This document shows positions 1-12,656 of a stretch of DNA of 51,135 nt, in pieces; the stretch's first letter is position 1; each line of letters begins with the position of its first letter. This DNA is from Girardia tigrina (lineage: Eukaryota). The notes beneath the pieces were generated by a model. It was given only the letters and a program-made list of their open reading frames with translations, did not search any database and was not told where the DNA came from. Location: contig MQRK01177396.1 in the NCBI GenBank assembly GCA_001938485.1, positions 4,600 to 55,734 on the forward strand, in the 5' to 3' direction. The position numbers and the translations under genes are program-made.

Positions 1-114
1 ATTCGTAAGAGTAGCTTCTACCATGTCTACCAGCAAAAATAAAATTATGTAATTATAACACACAAAAAGATATGGTGTCTATATTACGTGTTCTCAAATA
101 GCTGCCGCACCCTG
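1..114 (-). mobile_element. Terminal part of a Tc1/mariner-superfamily (maT-like) DNA transposon, same family as 30844-32135
   Basis: Near-identical to about 32022-32135. 26-bp TIR TGTTCTCAAATAGCTGCCGCACCCTG (89-114) followed by TA. Transposase ATG at 24 on the minus strand runs off the window. Confidence 0.85.
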
Positions 115-494
115 TATAGTAACTAAAGATCTCACTAAGTGTCCAGTCAACAATAAACTGTCATATTTTGTAAATGCAATCGACACCAACGTCGGCATCC
201 TTTCCACTACCCCGATGTATCTACTACTCTATCTACAGCGCACACACTCGTGTGTGAGGTTTGTGTATATATGAGAGAGATAGCGGTGGCAGGGGGCGAT
301 AGAAAGAGAGAGTAAGACATTACGGTTAGTCGTTAGTGGTAGTGACACTCCTGCTTACATTATGCTGTGCTTGTGTGTGCGTTTGTTTGTGTGATGCATC
401 ATATACAGCAGTTGAGGTGAGACGGAAGCGTAGCCATATAATTCATTCCTTAATAAATGCTTTCCAATTTTTAAGCCAATACTGCCTTAAAATC

Positions 495-577
495 AAATAA
501 ATGCCGGTATGTCATACCGCCTCAAAAACAAGTGGCGGTATGGCATACCGGCACATCCCGGCTCACTTCGAGCCCTG
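495..577. mobile_element. One end of a hAT-like non-autonomous element
   Basis: Ends in CACTTCGAGCCCTG (reverse complement CAGGGCTCGAAGTG, a hAT-type terminus) with subterminal palindromes GCCGGTATGTCATACCG and GGCGGTATGGCATACCGGC. No partner end seen. Confidence 0.5.
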
Positions 578-1039
578 CCTATGTGGAAATAAGTCCTAAT
601 TTGGAAATCACTTTCAGTGATAATGAGCCGGTTGATCTATTTAAAAAATTCCATCCGATAAATTTATTATTTTGAAGTAATTAAAGTAGGGACAATCTGA
701 AAATATCGACGAGTTAGGAGGTTATCGATCAGAGTCAGAGCGCGACATGATGGATCGCAAAACGTCCTTTGTTTGTCAAATTGTCACCTCGTTATGTGGT
801 TATCTAAGAGATCAAGTTTACGGCAGACGACATAGGAATATAAACGATGAAATTATTAAAATCTCTCTATCGAAGTTTCAGAATGATATCTTATCTTTGA
901 AAATTGGTTGCAATTGTGCCAGGCAGCACCTTTAAAATTGTAACAATGACTCTGGGTTGTATTTGTTTCTAATTGTTTGAATAGAACGTTTTGAAAATTT
1001 ATATGTTTTATGATTGATTAATAATTTATTTTTGTTTAG

Positions 1040-1363
1040 AAAAATAAATTCGACTTAAATTATTTGTCTCGGTACTCTTTGAGAGGAGTTTGTATTATGT
1101 CGTACCCAGAAGCACTGAACTTCGGAGACATATGGTCAGAAATCAAAAGCAAATTTCAGCTAGTCATAGTAATAGATCAGTCAAAGCCAACATTGCACAA
1201 TTATTTAGAAAATGCCAACTTTAAAATTGTCAGCCTTTACTACAAAGGATCGAAACACTATGCTTATTATTTGCCAGAGCCCCACATTCGTATAAAGATC
1301 CCTGATATCGAAGAAGAGTCGGAATCATTTTGGAATATTTTTAGTAAATGTACGATTTTGTAA
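1040..1363 (+). CDS. Terminal exon of an unidentified protein, paralogous to 16244-16568
   Basis: Acceptor TTTGTTTAG at 1031-1039, then open frame KNKFDLNYLSRYSLRGVCIMSYPEALNFGDIWSEIKSKFQLVIVIDQ to stop at 1363. Shares the CIMSYPEALxFGxIWxxIKxKFxLxIxIDQ motif with the minus-strand ORF at 16549. A possible upstream exon at about 690-935 is unresolved. Confidence 0.55.
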   Translation, partial: KNKFDLNYLSRYSLRGVCIMSYPEALNFGDIWSEIKSKFQLVIVIDQSKPTLHNYLENANFKIVSLYYKGSKHYAYYLPEPHIRIKIPDIEEESESFWNIFSKCTIL

Positions 1364-1499
1364 AACAGATTATTTTGATTTATTTATTTCTTTATTGTCA
1401 AATTTGAGAGATACTGTATTTTTGTGATATTTTGGTTGATTTTTTACTATAATTTTGTGACTTGATCAATGTCTATTGTTGTTTTGATATTTACAATAT

Positions 1500-3725
1500 A
1501 CAAGGAGTACTTTGCCTAAATTCAAGAAAGGAACTTCGATAAAAAAATGTCAAAAGGTACTATGCGAGTGTTTTGTCTCTTCATATCGCCGTTAGCTTTC
1601 GTATAAAAAATGCTATCGGTGCAAGCCGCCTATTGATTTCATGGTTGAGGCTTGCTCCCACGGCTGTCTTTGAGGCATCAGTACAAAGAATTAGATGCTT
1701 TTATGATCGAACGGTTCCATAGTGGTGATTTCGTTGAGCTTCTGTTTGATTGAGTAGAACGCTTGTTTTTGTGAGGCATTCAGTGTGATCTTCTTGTTTC
1801 TGTCCGATTAAGCAAGCAGATCATGTAGTGGAGCCATTTTTTCGGGTAATTTTGGAATAATCCATTGATAAAATACAACCACTCCTAGGAACCTTCGGAG
1901 TGCTCTTGTATCGCTTGGTTCTTTGAGGCTTGCGATGTCGTCAATCCGTTTCTGTATGGGATTGACCCCGCTCTTAGAAATTATAAAGCCAAGGAATTTG
2001 ACTTCGGTGACTCTGAAGTTGCATTTATCTTCGTTTATTTTTAGAGATTTCCGTTGTTAGAGGCTCATTATATGTGACAGATGTTGCTCATGATAGCATC
2101 AATGTAGCAGGCTCAGAAGGCTTCAGTGCTGTGAAGCAAGGCATCCATGTATCTTTGAAACATCTGTGATGCATTGCCTACGCCAAAAGGCATGGTGGTG
2201 TATTCGAATAGCCCGAAGGGTGTCCTTACGGCGTCTGAATTTGGGAAAACGCTTTTTGTAGATCTAGTGTTGAAAAGACTGTTTTCCAGAATATTCGATC
2301 CAGGATGTCTAACATTATTGGCAGTGGGTAGCTGTCCGGTCGTGTTGCAGAATTTAAAAGCCTGTAGTCACTGCAAGGACAGTAGTTTCCGTAGTGTTTC
2401 TTGACGAGCATAAGGGTGAAGCCCAGGAGCTCGCGCTCCTTCTAATTGTGCTTTCTGCTAATAGGCGATTGAATTCCTCGCGGATCGTGCTCAGAATGTG
2501 GTTCCCAATTCTTCTTGGTTTCTGGGCGATTGCATGACCATTTGTTTCTATCCTCAATACCGGTATGACTTCGGTTGCTAAGGGTGTGATGCTGTGGCAT
2601 GTCTACGCTGATCCCGATATAGTGATGTTTCTTGTTGAGATTTGATTCCTTTTGCAATTGACAGTGATATCCTCGTGAGTAAGGAAGTCTAATCCTAAGA
2701 TCGGTCTCTGGATGTCGACCAGGTTAAAACTCCACTTGAATTTTTTTTGTATCCCTGGGAGCTGGAATTTGATTGTTTGTCTCCCGTAGGTAGGGCTATT
2801 TTCCCAATTTGCCGTCACGAGTTTCTGAGTTTCCGATTCGCCGCTGGGTTGGAATATGTTGTAGGGTAGGATGCTTACATTGGCTCCCATGTCGACAAGA
2901 AAGTGAAATTACCTTGTTGGCTGTGGTGACTGGAACAGAAAAAGTGTTGTTATCTGATCCGGAGGTTTTGTGAGGTTCGGTATTACCGGTTTCACACCGA
3001 GCCTTTCATTTTTCCCGAAGATTTGTGTTCGTTCAAGTTGCATGGTTTGAGACATTTCTGCGCTTTGTGACCGAATTTGCGGTGTAAAAGCATATGACGT
3101 TCACGTCTTGGTTTTCGATTTTGTCGATTCTCCTTTTGAGTTGATCTATTTCATTCGGGGGTTTCTTGATTTTGGTTAGGAAGGGATTCGTTTCCGCGAC
3201 ATTTATGCAGTAGGGTTGTTTAACCCTGAGTAGATCATACGCGAGCCAGGCTAGGTGTGATATGTTTTGGTTCCCATTCGCGATGAGGTGTTTCTGGACA
3301 TCAATCGGAAGAGCCCGATTGAAGGCGTTTTGTAGAATTTCATCGTCCTTGGAAGTCGTTCCGAGTTGAGCATGATGACACTGTATGATCCTCAGATGCT
3401 CCGATGGACGTCGGTTGCCCAAGCCGTTAGCAGAGAAAAGCGCATGAAAGTGAACTGATGATGGTTGTTTGCGACTCTGGATTATTGTTTCATAAAGATC
3501 CGTGTACTGTATTGCCGATTCTGTATCGAAGTATTCTTGAAATTTCATGAGAATGGCTAGTGGAAAGCTGACAGTGACATGTTTTAATTTTTCGCTGTTT
3601 CGCTGGACATCTTGGACAAGTTGAAAACGTCCTCGACTTGTTGAAACCACATATTCGCCGTTTCGAAGTATGGCAGCAGTTTTGTAGAGACTTGGTTGCA
3701 ATCGAGCGAACCAGTCCTTACACCA
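1500..3725 (-). mobile_element. Decayed Ty3/gypsy (CsRn1-like) gag-protease-RT-RNase H fragment, no LTRs seen
   Basis: Gag with LGNRRPSEHLR (3033-3720), protease FLVDMGANVSILP, RT motifs SSWASPL, CSDYRLLNSATRPDSYPLP, FSTLDLQKAF, TPFGLFEYTTMPFG, and RNase H LCTDASKTAVGA. Many frameshifts. Confidence 0.88.
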
Positions 3726-3879
3726 TTGTAAATTGTATTCATCGATAATTAAAAACAAGAAAACACGATTTCTAAAAATTTTATTATTTGATAATTCTGA
3801 TTATTAAAATATTAGTTATTTTAAAATATCTTTTTCTAATAATTAAAAATAATATTTTTAATTTAAGTAAATGCATTTT

Positions 3880-4270
3880 ACAATAATAATGAGATAAATC
3901 AAATTAGAGAATATCTCACAACTGGGAAAACAAAGAAATGGGTAGTGAAAGATGATACTGTAATGACAATGGATAACAAATACTGGATCCAAAAAATCAA
4001 AAGAGCTGAATTCGTAGAAGATATACACAAGATGCTATGTCATGCTGGTTGCAAGAAAGTTAACAATTATTTGAAAGATAATTTTGATATGGAGGATATG
4101 AGAAAAACGATAAAGAAAATCGTACAAACCTGTTTAAATTGTCAAAAGAGGAAGACTCTAACAACGAAAACAAAAGAGAAACGCATGAAACAATTTGCTG
4201 ATAAACCCTTCCAAAAACTATATATGGATTTCTGCGATCCATTTAAAAGAAATATTAATGGATTTCAATT
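3880..4270 (+). mobile_element. Gypsy integrase N-terminal fragment (HHCC zinc domain to start of core)
   Basis: HKMLCHAG...CLNCQKRK...PFQKLYMDF in ORF 3945-4304. Confidence 0.8.
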
Positions 4271-4385
4271 TCACTGCTACCGACAGCAGTTCCTTTTCCC
4301 CTAGCATTTCAGCCCCCAGCCACTCGGCGCGCTTCGATCGAAGCCCGGAGCTCATCCCGGGCACTTCAAACTACAACCTTTACAA

Positions 4386-4545
4386 TCAAATATTCACATA
4401 ATCATTTATTGTCATCGAGAATGAGTAAGTGTGCAAAGTTTGGAGAAAGTTAATTGAGTAAAAAGCCTTCAAAAATAGGTTTCTAAATTCCATTGATACA
4501 TATAGAAAGTAAGCTAATATAAAAAATGGAAAAAATATAAATTAT
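4386..4545 (+). repeat. Dispersed repeat, copy 1 of 3
   Basis: Core CATTTATTGTCATCGAGAATGAGTAAGTGTGCAAAG recurs at about 26532 (direct) and about 46635-46670 (inverted). Confidence 0.85.
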
Positions 4546-4627
4546 CATAAAAATATCGCAAAATTAAACTTATTCCAAAATTTCAAAAGGAACAATATAA
4601 AACAATTTATTAAATACAATCAAACAA

Positions 4628-5425
4628 TCAAAAAAATACATCGACAATAAACTCGAGCAGCCACAAAAGAAAATGGTAGAGAAAAGAATCTTCATCAATG
4701 AGACTCGATTTTCGGTTATCTGACAGTTTCTGTTTACGAGTTTTCTCCTTCAGATTATCCTTCTGTAAATTCTTTTGGTTTTTATTGACGTCACTCATTT
4801 TCTGCTCGATGCCCGGATACGAGTCAATCGACAACAGTTTCAATCGGGCCTTCTCTTCTTCAGCGTAAAATGCGTCAGAATCAAACGAGTGTTGCAAGCA
4901 CAACTCTTCATAAGACGACCCAGTCGCTCGCTGAACGGTTTCATCAATCGTCAAATAATCCAAGTCCTTAAAAGCTTGACTGGAAATCTGCAAAAAAATT
5001 TCTCCGATCAAACTACCATTTCAAATGTCGCTCAACAACCATCACCTGTAAAACGTATCTTGAGTCGTCCATTGACACTCCAAACACGACAACACTCGAC
5101 GGAAACTCGTAATCTCGATCGATGACAATTTCATCGACGCCAAAACTATCCGATTTAAACTCATAATCACTGAAGTTGATTTTCTATTGCAAAAAATTCA
5201 AAATATTTCTTTTTAGTTTCAATTTCATAACTGCTTTATCGAATGTCGACCATTTAAACACGTAAAGATCGGCATCACCGGTTTCCGAAAACAATTTTAA
5301 ATGGATATTTTTCGGATTTGGGATTTCATAAATCACAGAATTCTGATGAGAGACATTTCTGATTATAAAAAAAAGATTATTTGGAGAAAAGATTAAATAA
5401 AACGAAAAAAGCAATCAGAGATGTA
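4628..5425 (-). pseudogene. C6orf120/UPF0669-like gene, interrupted by mariner; original ATG at 9053
   Basis: Exons 5425-5232, 5183-5046 and 4987-4628 joined by GT-AG introns of 48 and 58 nt give GDADLYV...FSDYEFKSDSFGVDEIVI...VVVFG...EDSFLYHFLLWLLEFIVDVFF, matching recalled C6orf120 motifs ([36 protein letters not shown]). In-frame TGA at 5417-5415. Confidence 0.8.
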
Positions 5426-8400
5426 TTAGGTGTACAATTATGAAAGTTCGCTTCACTTTGTCTAATATTTTTCCATTAATAAACTTTTTTCTATAACATT
5501 TGTTTGTGTCTATAATGTAGAGTGTTTGAGCGTTTCTAATACGTTTTGAATTTTTAAAAATAATAGCATATAAAATTTCATTGTAATTTTACAGATGACC
5601 ACCGAAGCTCCAACAAAAGAGCATTTGCGGGAAGTTCTTTTATTCATGTTTAACTCGAAGAAAAGTGCCATCGATTCTCAAAAAATGATGGCTGAAGTAT
5701 ATTGCGAAGATACAATCACTGCCAGAGCCTGTCAGAAATGGTTTAAGAGGTTCAGAGAAGGCGAATTTGATCTGAGCAACAGAGACAGCGGTAGACACCA
5801 AAGCAGTTTGAAGACACTGAACGCAACAACAATTAGCTGATGTGTTAGGTGTGACTCAGCAAACAATTTCAAATTGCTTGCATGACATGGGCAAGATTCA
5901 GAAAGAAGGACGATGGGTGCTGCATGAATTGACTGAACACCAGCAAGAAAATCGAAGAACAACGTGCGAAATTTTGCTTGATCGGCAGCAACGCAAGTCA
6001 TTCATGCATCGAATTATCACTGGTGATGAAAAGTACATTTATTTCGATAATCCAAAACGAAAGAGATCATGGACAGTCCTAGGATAGGCACCAAAACATC
6101 CTTGGAAAGAAGGTGCTGCTCTGCATATGGTGAGATTAGAAGGGTATTTTGTATTATGAACTTTGTAAACACAACTCTATTGATTTTGTTAAAATATAAT
6201 AAATAATTTAACTAAAAATATATATTTATATATAACTTCTGTATTTTAATTTTTATATAAAATAATAACAATAATAAAACCAAAAAGACTTACTACGGTA
6301 GGGCTATTCGGCACCGAAAATTTTCATATTTTTTTATTATTATTATTATATTCTCATTAAATGTTCTCTTTAATAAAAAATTATTTTTTTCCACAACCAA
6401 CATTTTAACTCTTATACGTGATTTTAAAATAAATTTATACAAACTCTTTTTTTTATTTTCTTTCATTAAAATTAAATTATAGATATATATATTGATATAA
6501 GAATCGTGATAATCTCAAGAAGATGCATTTTCCTTTATCGTTAAAATAAATTTATAAAAATATTTTTCTTATTTATATCTTCAATACCTTAAGTCTTTCC
6601 AAGATAAAAAAAAGTATGAAAACCCCTCAAATTTTATAATATTTTTATCTTTTGACAATTAAAAGATCTCTTCAAAAATTCTCATAAAAAATTTTCATGA
6701 AAATCTTTGAGTCTCACCAAGATAAAAAAAAGTATGAAAAACCCTTAAATTTTATAATATTTTTATATTTTACAAAAATGTACAAAAACTCTTAAATTTT
6801 ATAATTATTTTTTTTAATTTTTTTATATTGTTATCTTTTGACAATTAAGAGATATCTCTTCCAAAATTCTCATAAAAAATTTTCATGAAAATCTTTGAGT
6901 CTCACAAAGATAAAAAAAAAGTATGAAAAACTCTTAAATTTTATAACATTTTTTATTTTCATCAGTTATGAGATCTCTCTTCAAAAATTCTCATAAAAAA
7001 TTTTCATAAAAAAATTCTCATAAAAAATTATCATAAAAATTCTCATGAAAATCTATAAGTCTCACCAAGATAAAAAAAAGTATGAAAAACCAATAAATTT
7101 TATAATATTTTTATCTTTTGGTAATTAAGAGATATCTCTTCAAAAATTCTCATGAAACAATTTCATGAAAAAAATTACCGTGAAAAAATCTTTAAATCTC
7201 ACGAAGATAAAAAAAGTATGAAAACCTCTTAAATTTTATAATATTTTCTATTTTCATCAGTTATGAGATCACTTATCCACATTATCACAGATCCACATTA
7301 TTAATATGGATTTTCGTTTTAACATGAGCTCGATAGTAAGTTTGTTTATAGAATTTATTACAATTCTTGCAAAAAATATTTTGGATATTTGGGTTCATTT
7401 TTACATTGGAATTTTTTATGTAATTTCAATTTTTTGAATTTTTTTCTGAATTTTTTCGGAAATTTTTTTTTTAATTTTTGCGAATTTTTTCATTAATTTT
7501 TATAAAATCTTATAAAATTTTTATGATTTTTACTATTATTTTTTATTTTGAAAAATTTGAATCATGAACGTGAACAATAGAAATTTTATAGTTTCAGTCT
7601 AAGATTTTTTTGTTCGTGAACCTTGAACAGCATAAAGAAATAAAAAATTTTTGCTGATTTTTGACTGTTTTCGATATTATTTTTACAGATTTAAAAAACG
7701 ATAATAAAATTATATGATTTTTATTTTTATGAAATTTTATTGATTTTTGACTGTTTTTACTATTATTTTTATAAATTTCAAAACAGTAGTAAAATTAGTT
7801 GGAGAAATTTTTTACAAATTTTTTTGATTTTTAGCCGATTTCGAGGATATTTTTTAATATGAAATTTGAAGATTTTTTTCAGAAAATAAATCAATTATTG
7901 ATAGATTTACGAATTTTATCTATTTTATAGCTATTTTACTAGTAAATTTTATGAATTTTATCTATTTTATAGCTATTTTACCGGTAAAAATGAAGTCAAA
8001 GGCAATAATAGTCATTTTACCACGATTTTTGGTGTCCCAGAGACAATATTTTTGCTATTTTACCCTGATTTTGAGAAGTCTAGAATCAACATTTTAGTCA
8101 TTTTACCACGATTTTTGGCGGTAAACGAGCTATTGGCTTTATCCATCCCTTTATATACTAATAATGGTTTAAGAGGTTCAGAATAGGTAATTTTGAACTG
8201 AGCATCAGAGACCGCGGTAGACTACCAAAGTAGTTTGAAGACAATGAAGATGATGCCCAAACGCAACAACAATTAGCTGATGTGTTAGGTGTGATTCAGC
8301 AAATAATTTCAAATCGCTTGTATTACATGGGCAAAATTCAGAAGGAAGGACGATGGGTGCTGCATGAATTGACTGAACACCAGCAAGAAAGTCGAAGAAC

Positions 8401-9041
8401 AACGTGCGAACTTTTGCTTGATCGACAGCAACGCAAGTCATTCATGCATCGAATTATAACTGGTGATGAAAAATACACTTATTTCGATAATCTAAAGTGA
8501 AAGAGATCATGGACAGTCCCAGGAAAGACGCCAAAGATGACTCCCAAGCATAACATCCATGGAAAGAAGGTTCTGCTCTGCATATGATGAGATCAGAAGG
8601 GTATTTTGTATTATGAACCTCTGAAACCTGACGAAACTGTTACCGCGGCTCGTTATGGAGACCAATTAATCAATCTGAACAGAGAAGTTGCCCCCAAAGG
8701 ACAGTTATGGACCACAAGACACGAGTACCCGATATTACTTCACGACAATGCGAGACCTCTTGTCGCAAAATCGGTCATAAATACAATAAAAGAACTGGAC
8801 TGGAGAGTCTTACCCCACCCGCCCTACTCTCCTGGCATTGCTCTATCAGATTATCACTTATTTCGATCAATAGCTTGATAAATGGATTGCGTCGAAACAA
8901 CCGAAATTCTTTTTTGATGGAATCCATAAATTACCAATAAATTGGAATAATGTTTTTGTTAATAAAAGTTTAACTAATTTTTTTTTGGAATTTTAATTTT
9001 TTTAATCGTAAAGAAACGAACTTTCATATTTGTACACCTAA
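5426..9041 (+). mobile_element. Mariner (Mos1/mauritiana-like, DD34D) with internal duplication and about 2 kb foreign insert
   Basis: TIRs TTAGGTGTACAATTATGAAAGTTCG (5426-) and CGAACTTTCATATTTGTACACCTAA (-9041), flanked by TA and TG. Transposase motifs WFKRF, GRWVLHEL, TGDEK, HDNARP, HPPYSPGIALSDYHLF. Segment 5737-6161 is repeated at 8163-8618. Confidence 0.92.
6598..7270. repeat. AT-rich irregular tandem repeat, about 5 units of 120-190 bp
   Basis: AAGATAAAAAAAAGTATGAAAA anchor at about 6601, 6719, 6907, 7067 and 7204, with shared AAATTCTCATAAAAAATTTTCATGAAAATC blocks. Confidence 0.85.
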
Positions 9042-9443
9042 TGGGATGCTCATTTGAAATTGAGATTTTTATCGAATACTAAGAATTCTGTGCTCTTCGT
9101 TTAATCGTGGAAATAATTTACTTTGGCTAGAATCACTCTCGCCTTTATAACACCTCTTTGTAACATATCCTTGTATATAAATCTTTATTTGCATAAAAAA
9201 AGGACTTCAAGCAATTCATGATTATGACAATACAAGTTTTGAAACGATAAATTCGAACGTAATGATAGAGTTTTGCGATAGTTGAGAACGAGAATATTTC
9301 GAGATATAAATATAAATAATAATGAAATATAAATACGAATTCAATTTCAAATTCCAAATGTAATAATGAACATTCGTCAAATCATATTAGAGTATTTTGA
9401 CGTAATGGTCATCTTATTATATAAACAATAACTTTTTACTTAA

Positions 9444-9520
9444 GGGGCTGTTCATAAATGACGTCACGCGATTTTAGCAGATTTCCAACCGCCCTCCCCC
9501 TCGTCACAAAATTCTGCAAC
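9444..9520. mobile_element. PIF/Harbinger-like MITE terminus (single end)
   Basis: TAA followed by GGGGCTGTTCATAAATGACGTCACGC...CCCCCTCGTCAC, typical of invertebrate Harbinger-type MITE ends. Confidence 0.5.
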
Positions 9521-10349
9521 TAATTAATTTAAATTTACAATAAATCCTTTTATTAAAAATTATTTCTTAAAATATTAACCGTTAATTATTTATTTTAAAA
9601 TTTATTTAAACTTATTTCATAACTTCTATTAAAATATACACTTGTTCTCTTTTTAATATGCCATGTAGGCATTTGGATATATTCCTATATATAAAAATAT
9701 ATTTAAAATTTAAAAATAAATAAAGTTACCAATTAGAATCGACCTTGTATGCATTTATATAGATCATACATCATTTGTATATGTCAAAAAATATAAAAAT
9801 AAATTGCACACAAACAAAATAAGGCATGCATTTGCAATACATACCTACAATGCATTGTCAAAACATCATACACACCAGCACGCAAACATAATTTTGGAGC
9901 ATTAAAATATATTCGTAAGCATTTGCTTATGACAGTTCCCACATTTTAAAAAATAACTTGAGCAAGTAAATTTCAAAAGAATAACGCAAAATAGCCAGAT
10001 ACGAGTAGCTTAAAGATTACTGCATCAAAAATGGATGTGGGAAATATTATTCCCTGAGCTAGTACCCATCTGTCACTAGGACTTGATGTGCACGAATGAT
10101 AAGACGAAATGGAAATTTATCTGGCAACGCTTCATTACATCGGTTTCATAAGCATAAAAATATTCTTTAGAATTCTATACTCATCTCATACTTTTTGATT
10201 TATCGTCAAGTGTTTCCAGATCCATAGGATCAGTAGATAGTAAATCACACATAATTTCCGTAAATCAATTCTGATGGTCAAGAAATACTCCTTATTGTTT
10301 TTCCATGATCATTGAATAAGATCTGTTACTCTGAACAAATCAACAATAC

Positions 10350-10985
10350 GTGATCTTTTCCTTTACCAAATTGAACGGCATAAATCTAAGCGCGACTTGC
10401 CGATATCGGGCACTCACAACACAAAACTCCTAGGTCCCTCTTATGACTCAAAAGTCACCAGTCAAAGTATATTCCGTATATAAATTTCAGCATGATTCTG
10501 TAGTGATTAATGAGGATGCAGTTTCTATGCAGCTAAATCCGTGTTGATATTAAGATCTTTATATACAAAATAAACAAAATCAGACAACAAAAATATTCCT
10601 TAAATTTTATTTAATAGATGTGTTTTTTTGAACAAACAACTTCAAAACGTAATCTTTTCCTTTACCAAATTCATTGGTATTTTAAAATCTAAATGCGACT
10701 CGCCAATATCTGGCACCCGCAACACCAAACTCCAAAGTCCTGTAGCGAGTCAAAGTTGATTCCGCGACATAATTCCGACATGATTCTGTAGTGATTAATG
10801 AGGTGCGGTTTCGATGCAGCTAAATCCCAGTTGATACTGCCTGACTTCTTTGTGTATCCAGTGTTTTCGATGAATGTTTTTGTCGTAAACATCGGAAATC
10901 TCGGAATCTAAATTGCATTTGCAAGAGCGTCCCAGATCGTATTTACGCATTATGCAGATAGAGCAATCGAGAACGCCACATTTTC
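10350..10985 (-). pseudogene. Unidentified decayed coding sequence in two diverged tandem copies (about 10350-10550 and 10651-10840)
   Basis: Shared blocks ATCTTTTCCTTTACCAAATT, CATGATTCTGTAGTGATTAATGAGG and TGCAGCTAAATCC. Reading frame INWDLAASKPHLINHYRIM...GVWCCGC with stops. Confidence 0.4.
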
Positions 10986-11897
10986 AATTTATATAATCAC
11001 AGATTTAATTCGATATCGATAATTAATACATATTTGTGTCATATATAAATGCCTTTGTGGCATAAATAAATGAGAATGGGTGTATCAATTGTTATTACTG
11101 TAAACATATTTTAAACAAGTATTTGTTTTATCATATTTTTACTCTGCATTTTAATTTTTTAATTTATTTCTTTTAAATTTTCAAATTAAAAAATAATAAA
11201 CTATTTTGGCGAAACTTAAATTTAAACTAACCCCTCATATCCATGACCACGAGAACAGCAAAGAATTATTAGGAATAAATAAATATACATTTAAAAATCT
11301 CAATGTTGAATGAATTTTCAATTAAGTTAAAAAATTTAAATTTAAAATAGAAAAATCAGAATTTAAATGTTGAAATTGTAAAATGAAAATATTCTCACCG
11401 AAATAAAAAAATCGTAATTTTAAATGAAAATTTGAAATTATTACAATAAAATAAAAAAAAATTCAAAATTATAAGTTTAAAAAGAAAAATTCTAAAATTA
11501 CAATTAAAAATTTTAAATGATAAATATATAAATTTTAAAATAAAAAATACTTAATTTTAAGGTGATAAAAAAATTAATTTTAACTGAAAAATTATCAAAT
11601 CAAAATAAAAAAAATAAATTAAAATGAAAAAATCTCATTTAAATTAATAAAACGATTGCAATAATAAAAAAACTCACTCACCCGTATTTGATAACGTCAG
11701 ACGACACGAATTTTAAACAAAGCAAAACGAACAGAATCATCGAAAAAAACCGTCTAAAAGATAAATTTAATAAAAAATCGATTTTTATTTCATTTTATTT
11801 TTCAAATAAAAATAAATTAAAACAAAAATTAATCAAAAATTTTAATTAAAATTTAATTTTAAAGAAACAAGTCAAAAGCTAAATCACTAATTTATTA

Positions 11898-12046
11898 TTA
11901 TTTAATTTTAACGATCATCCAACAAAGGATGAATATGAGTGAGGCAAACATCGGTAAATAGAGAATGAGTTTTGCTGGATTATGTTTGGCGATGTGACCC
12001 AATTTGGATATTGTCCATATAAGAGTGCCGTCGACTCTGTCGACAT
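11898..12046 (-). pseudogene. Partial duplicate of the BET1 3' end within a tandem duplication of about 770 bp
   Basis: VDRVDGTLIWTISKLGHIAKHNPAKLILYLPMFASLIFILCWMIVKIK* aligns to the BET1 C-terminus. The 3' flank (CTCACTCAC...GATAACGTCAG) is also duplicated at about 11673 and 12451. Confidence 0.9.
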
Positions 12047-12656
12047 AGAAAACATCTAAATTCTAAATTTAAAATGAATAATTCTCGAAAAAAAATGAAA
12101 AATCTCTCAATTAAATGAATAAATATTAAAATTATCAATTAAAAATGAAAAAAATATCAAAAAAAAATTAAAAATTCTAAATCTAAGATGAAAAATTATC
12201 AAATGTAAAATATGAATAATTCTCAAAAATATAAAAAATCTCAATAAAATGAAACAATCACAATTTAAAACGAATAATTCTCAATAAAATGAGAACACAT
12301 CTAAATTTATTTCTAAATAATTCTAAAAATAAAAAAATATTAATTAAATGATAAAATCGAAATATAAATTGAAAAATTCTCAAATTAAAAATCAAAAAAT
12401 TGAAATTTTAAATCAAATAAAGTAACAAATCGACCGCAATAATAGAAAAACTCACTCACTCGTATTTGATAACGTCAGCCGAAACGAAATTTAAACAAAA
12501 CAAAACAAGTAGAACCATCAAAAAATGTCTAAATGATTAATTTTAAAAAGGAATCGATTTTTTCTACTTTTTTTAAATAATTTTTAATTAAAACAAAAAT
12601 TTAAATCGCTTTTTCTTCAAAAAAAAACAAAAGTCAAAACCCAAATCGATAATTTA

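Noticed and set aside
4775-5125. Plus-strand 116-aa ORF (and similar short antisense ORFs over transposons)
   Set aside because: Shadow frames of genuine opposite-strand coding sequence.
5184-5186. In-frame TAG suggesting an alternative genetic code
   Set aside because: It is the AG acceptor of a 48-nt intron, and BET1 and other genes end in standard stops.
6598-7270. Repeat array as a possible CRISPR
   Set aside because: Units are internally repetitive with no unique spacers, there are no cas genes, and the context is eukaryotic.
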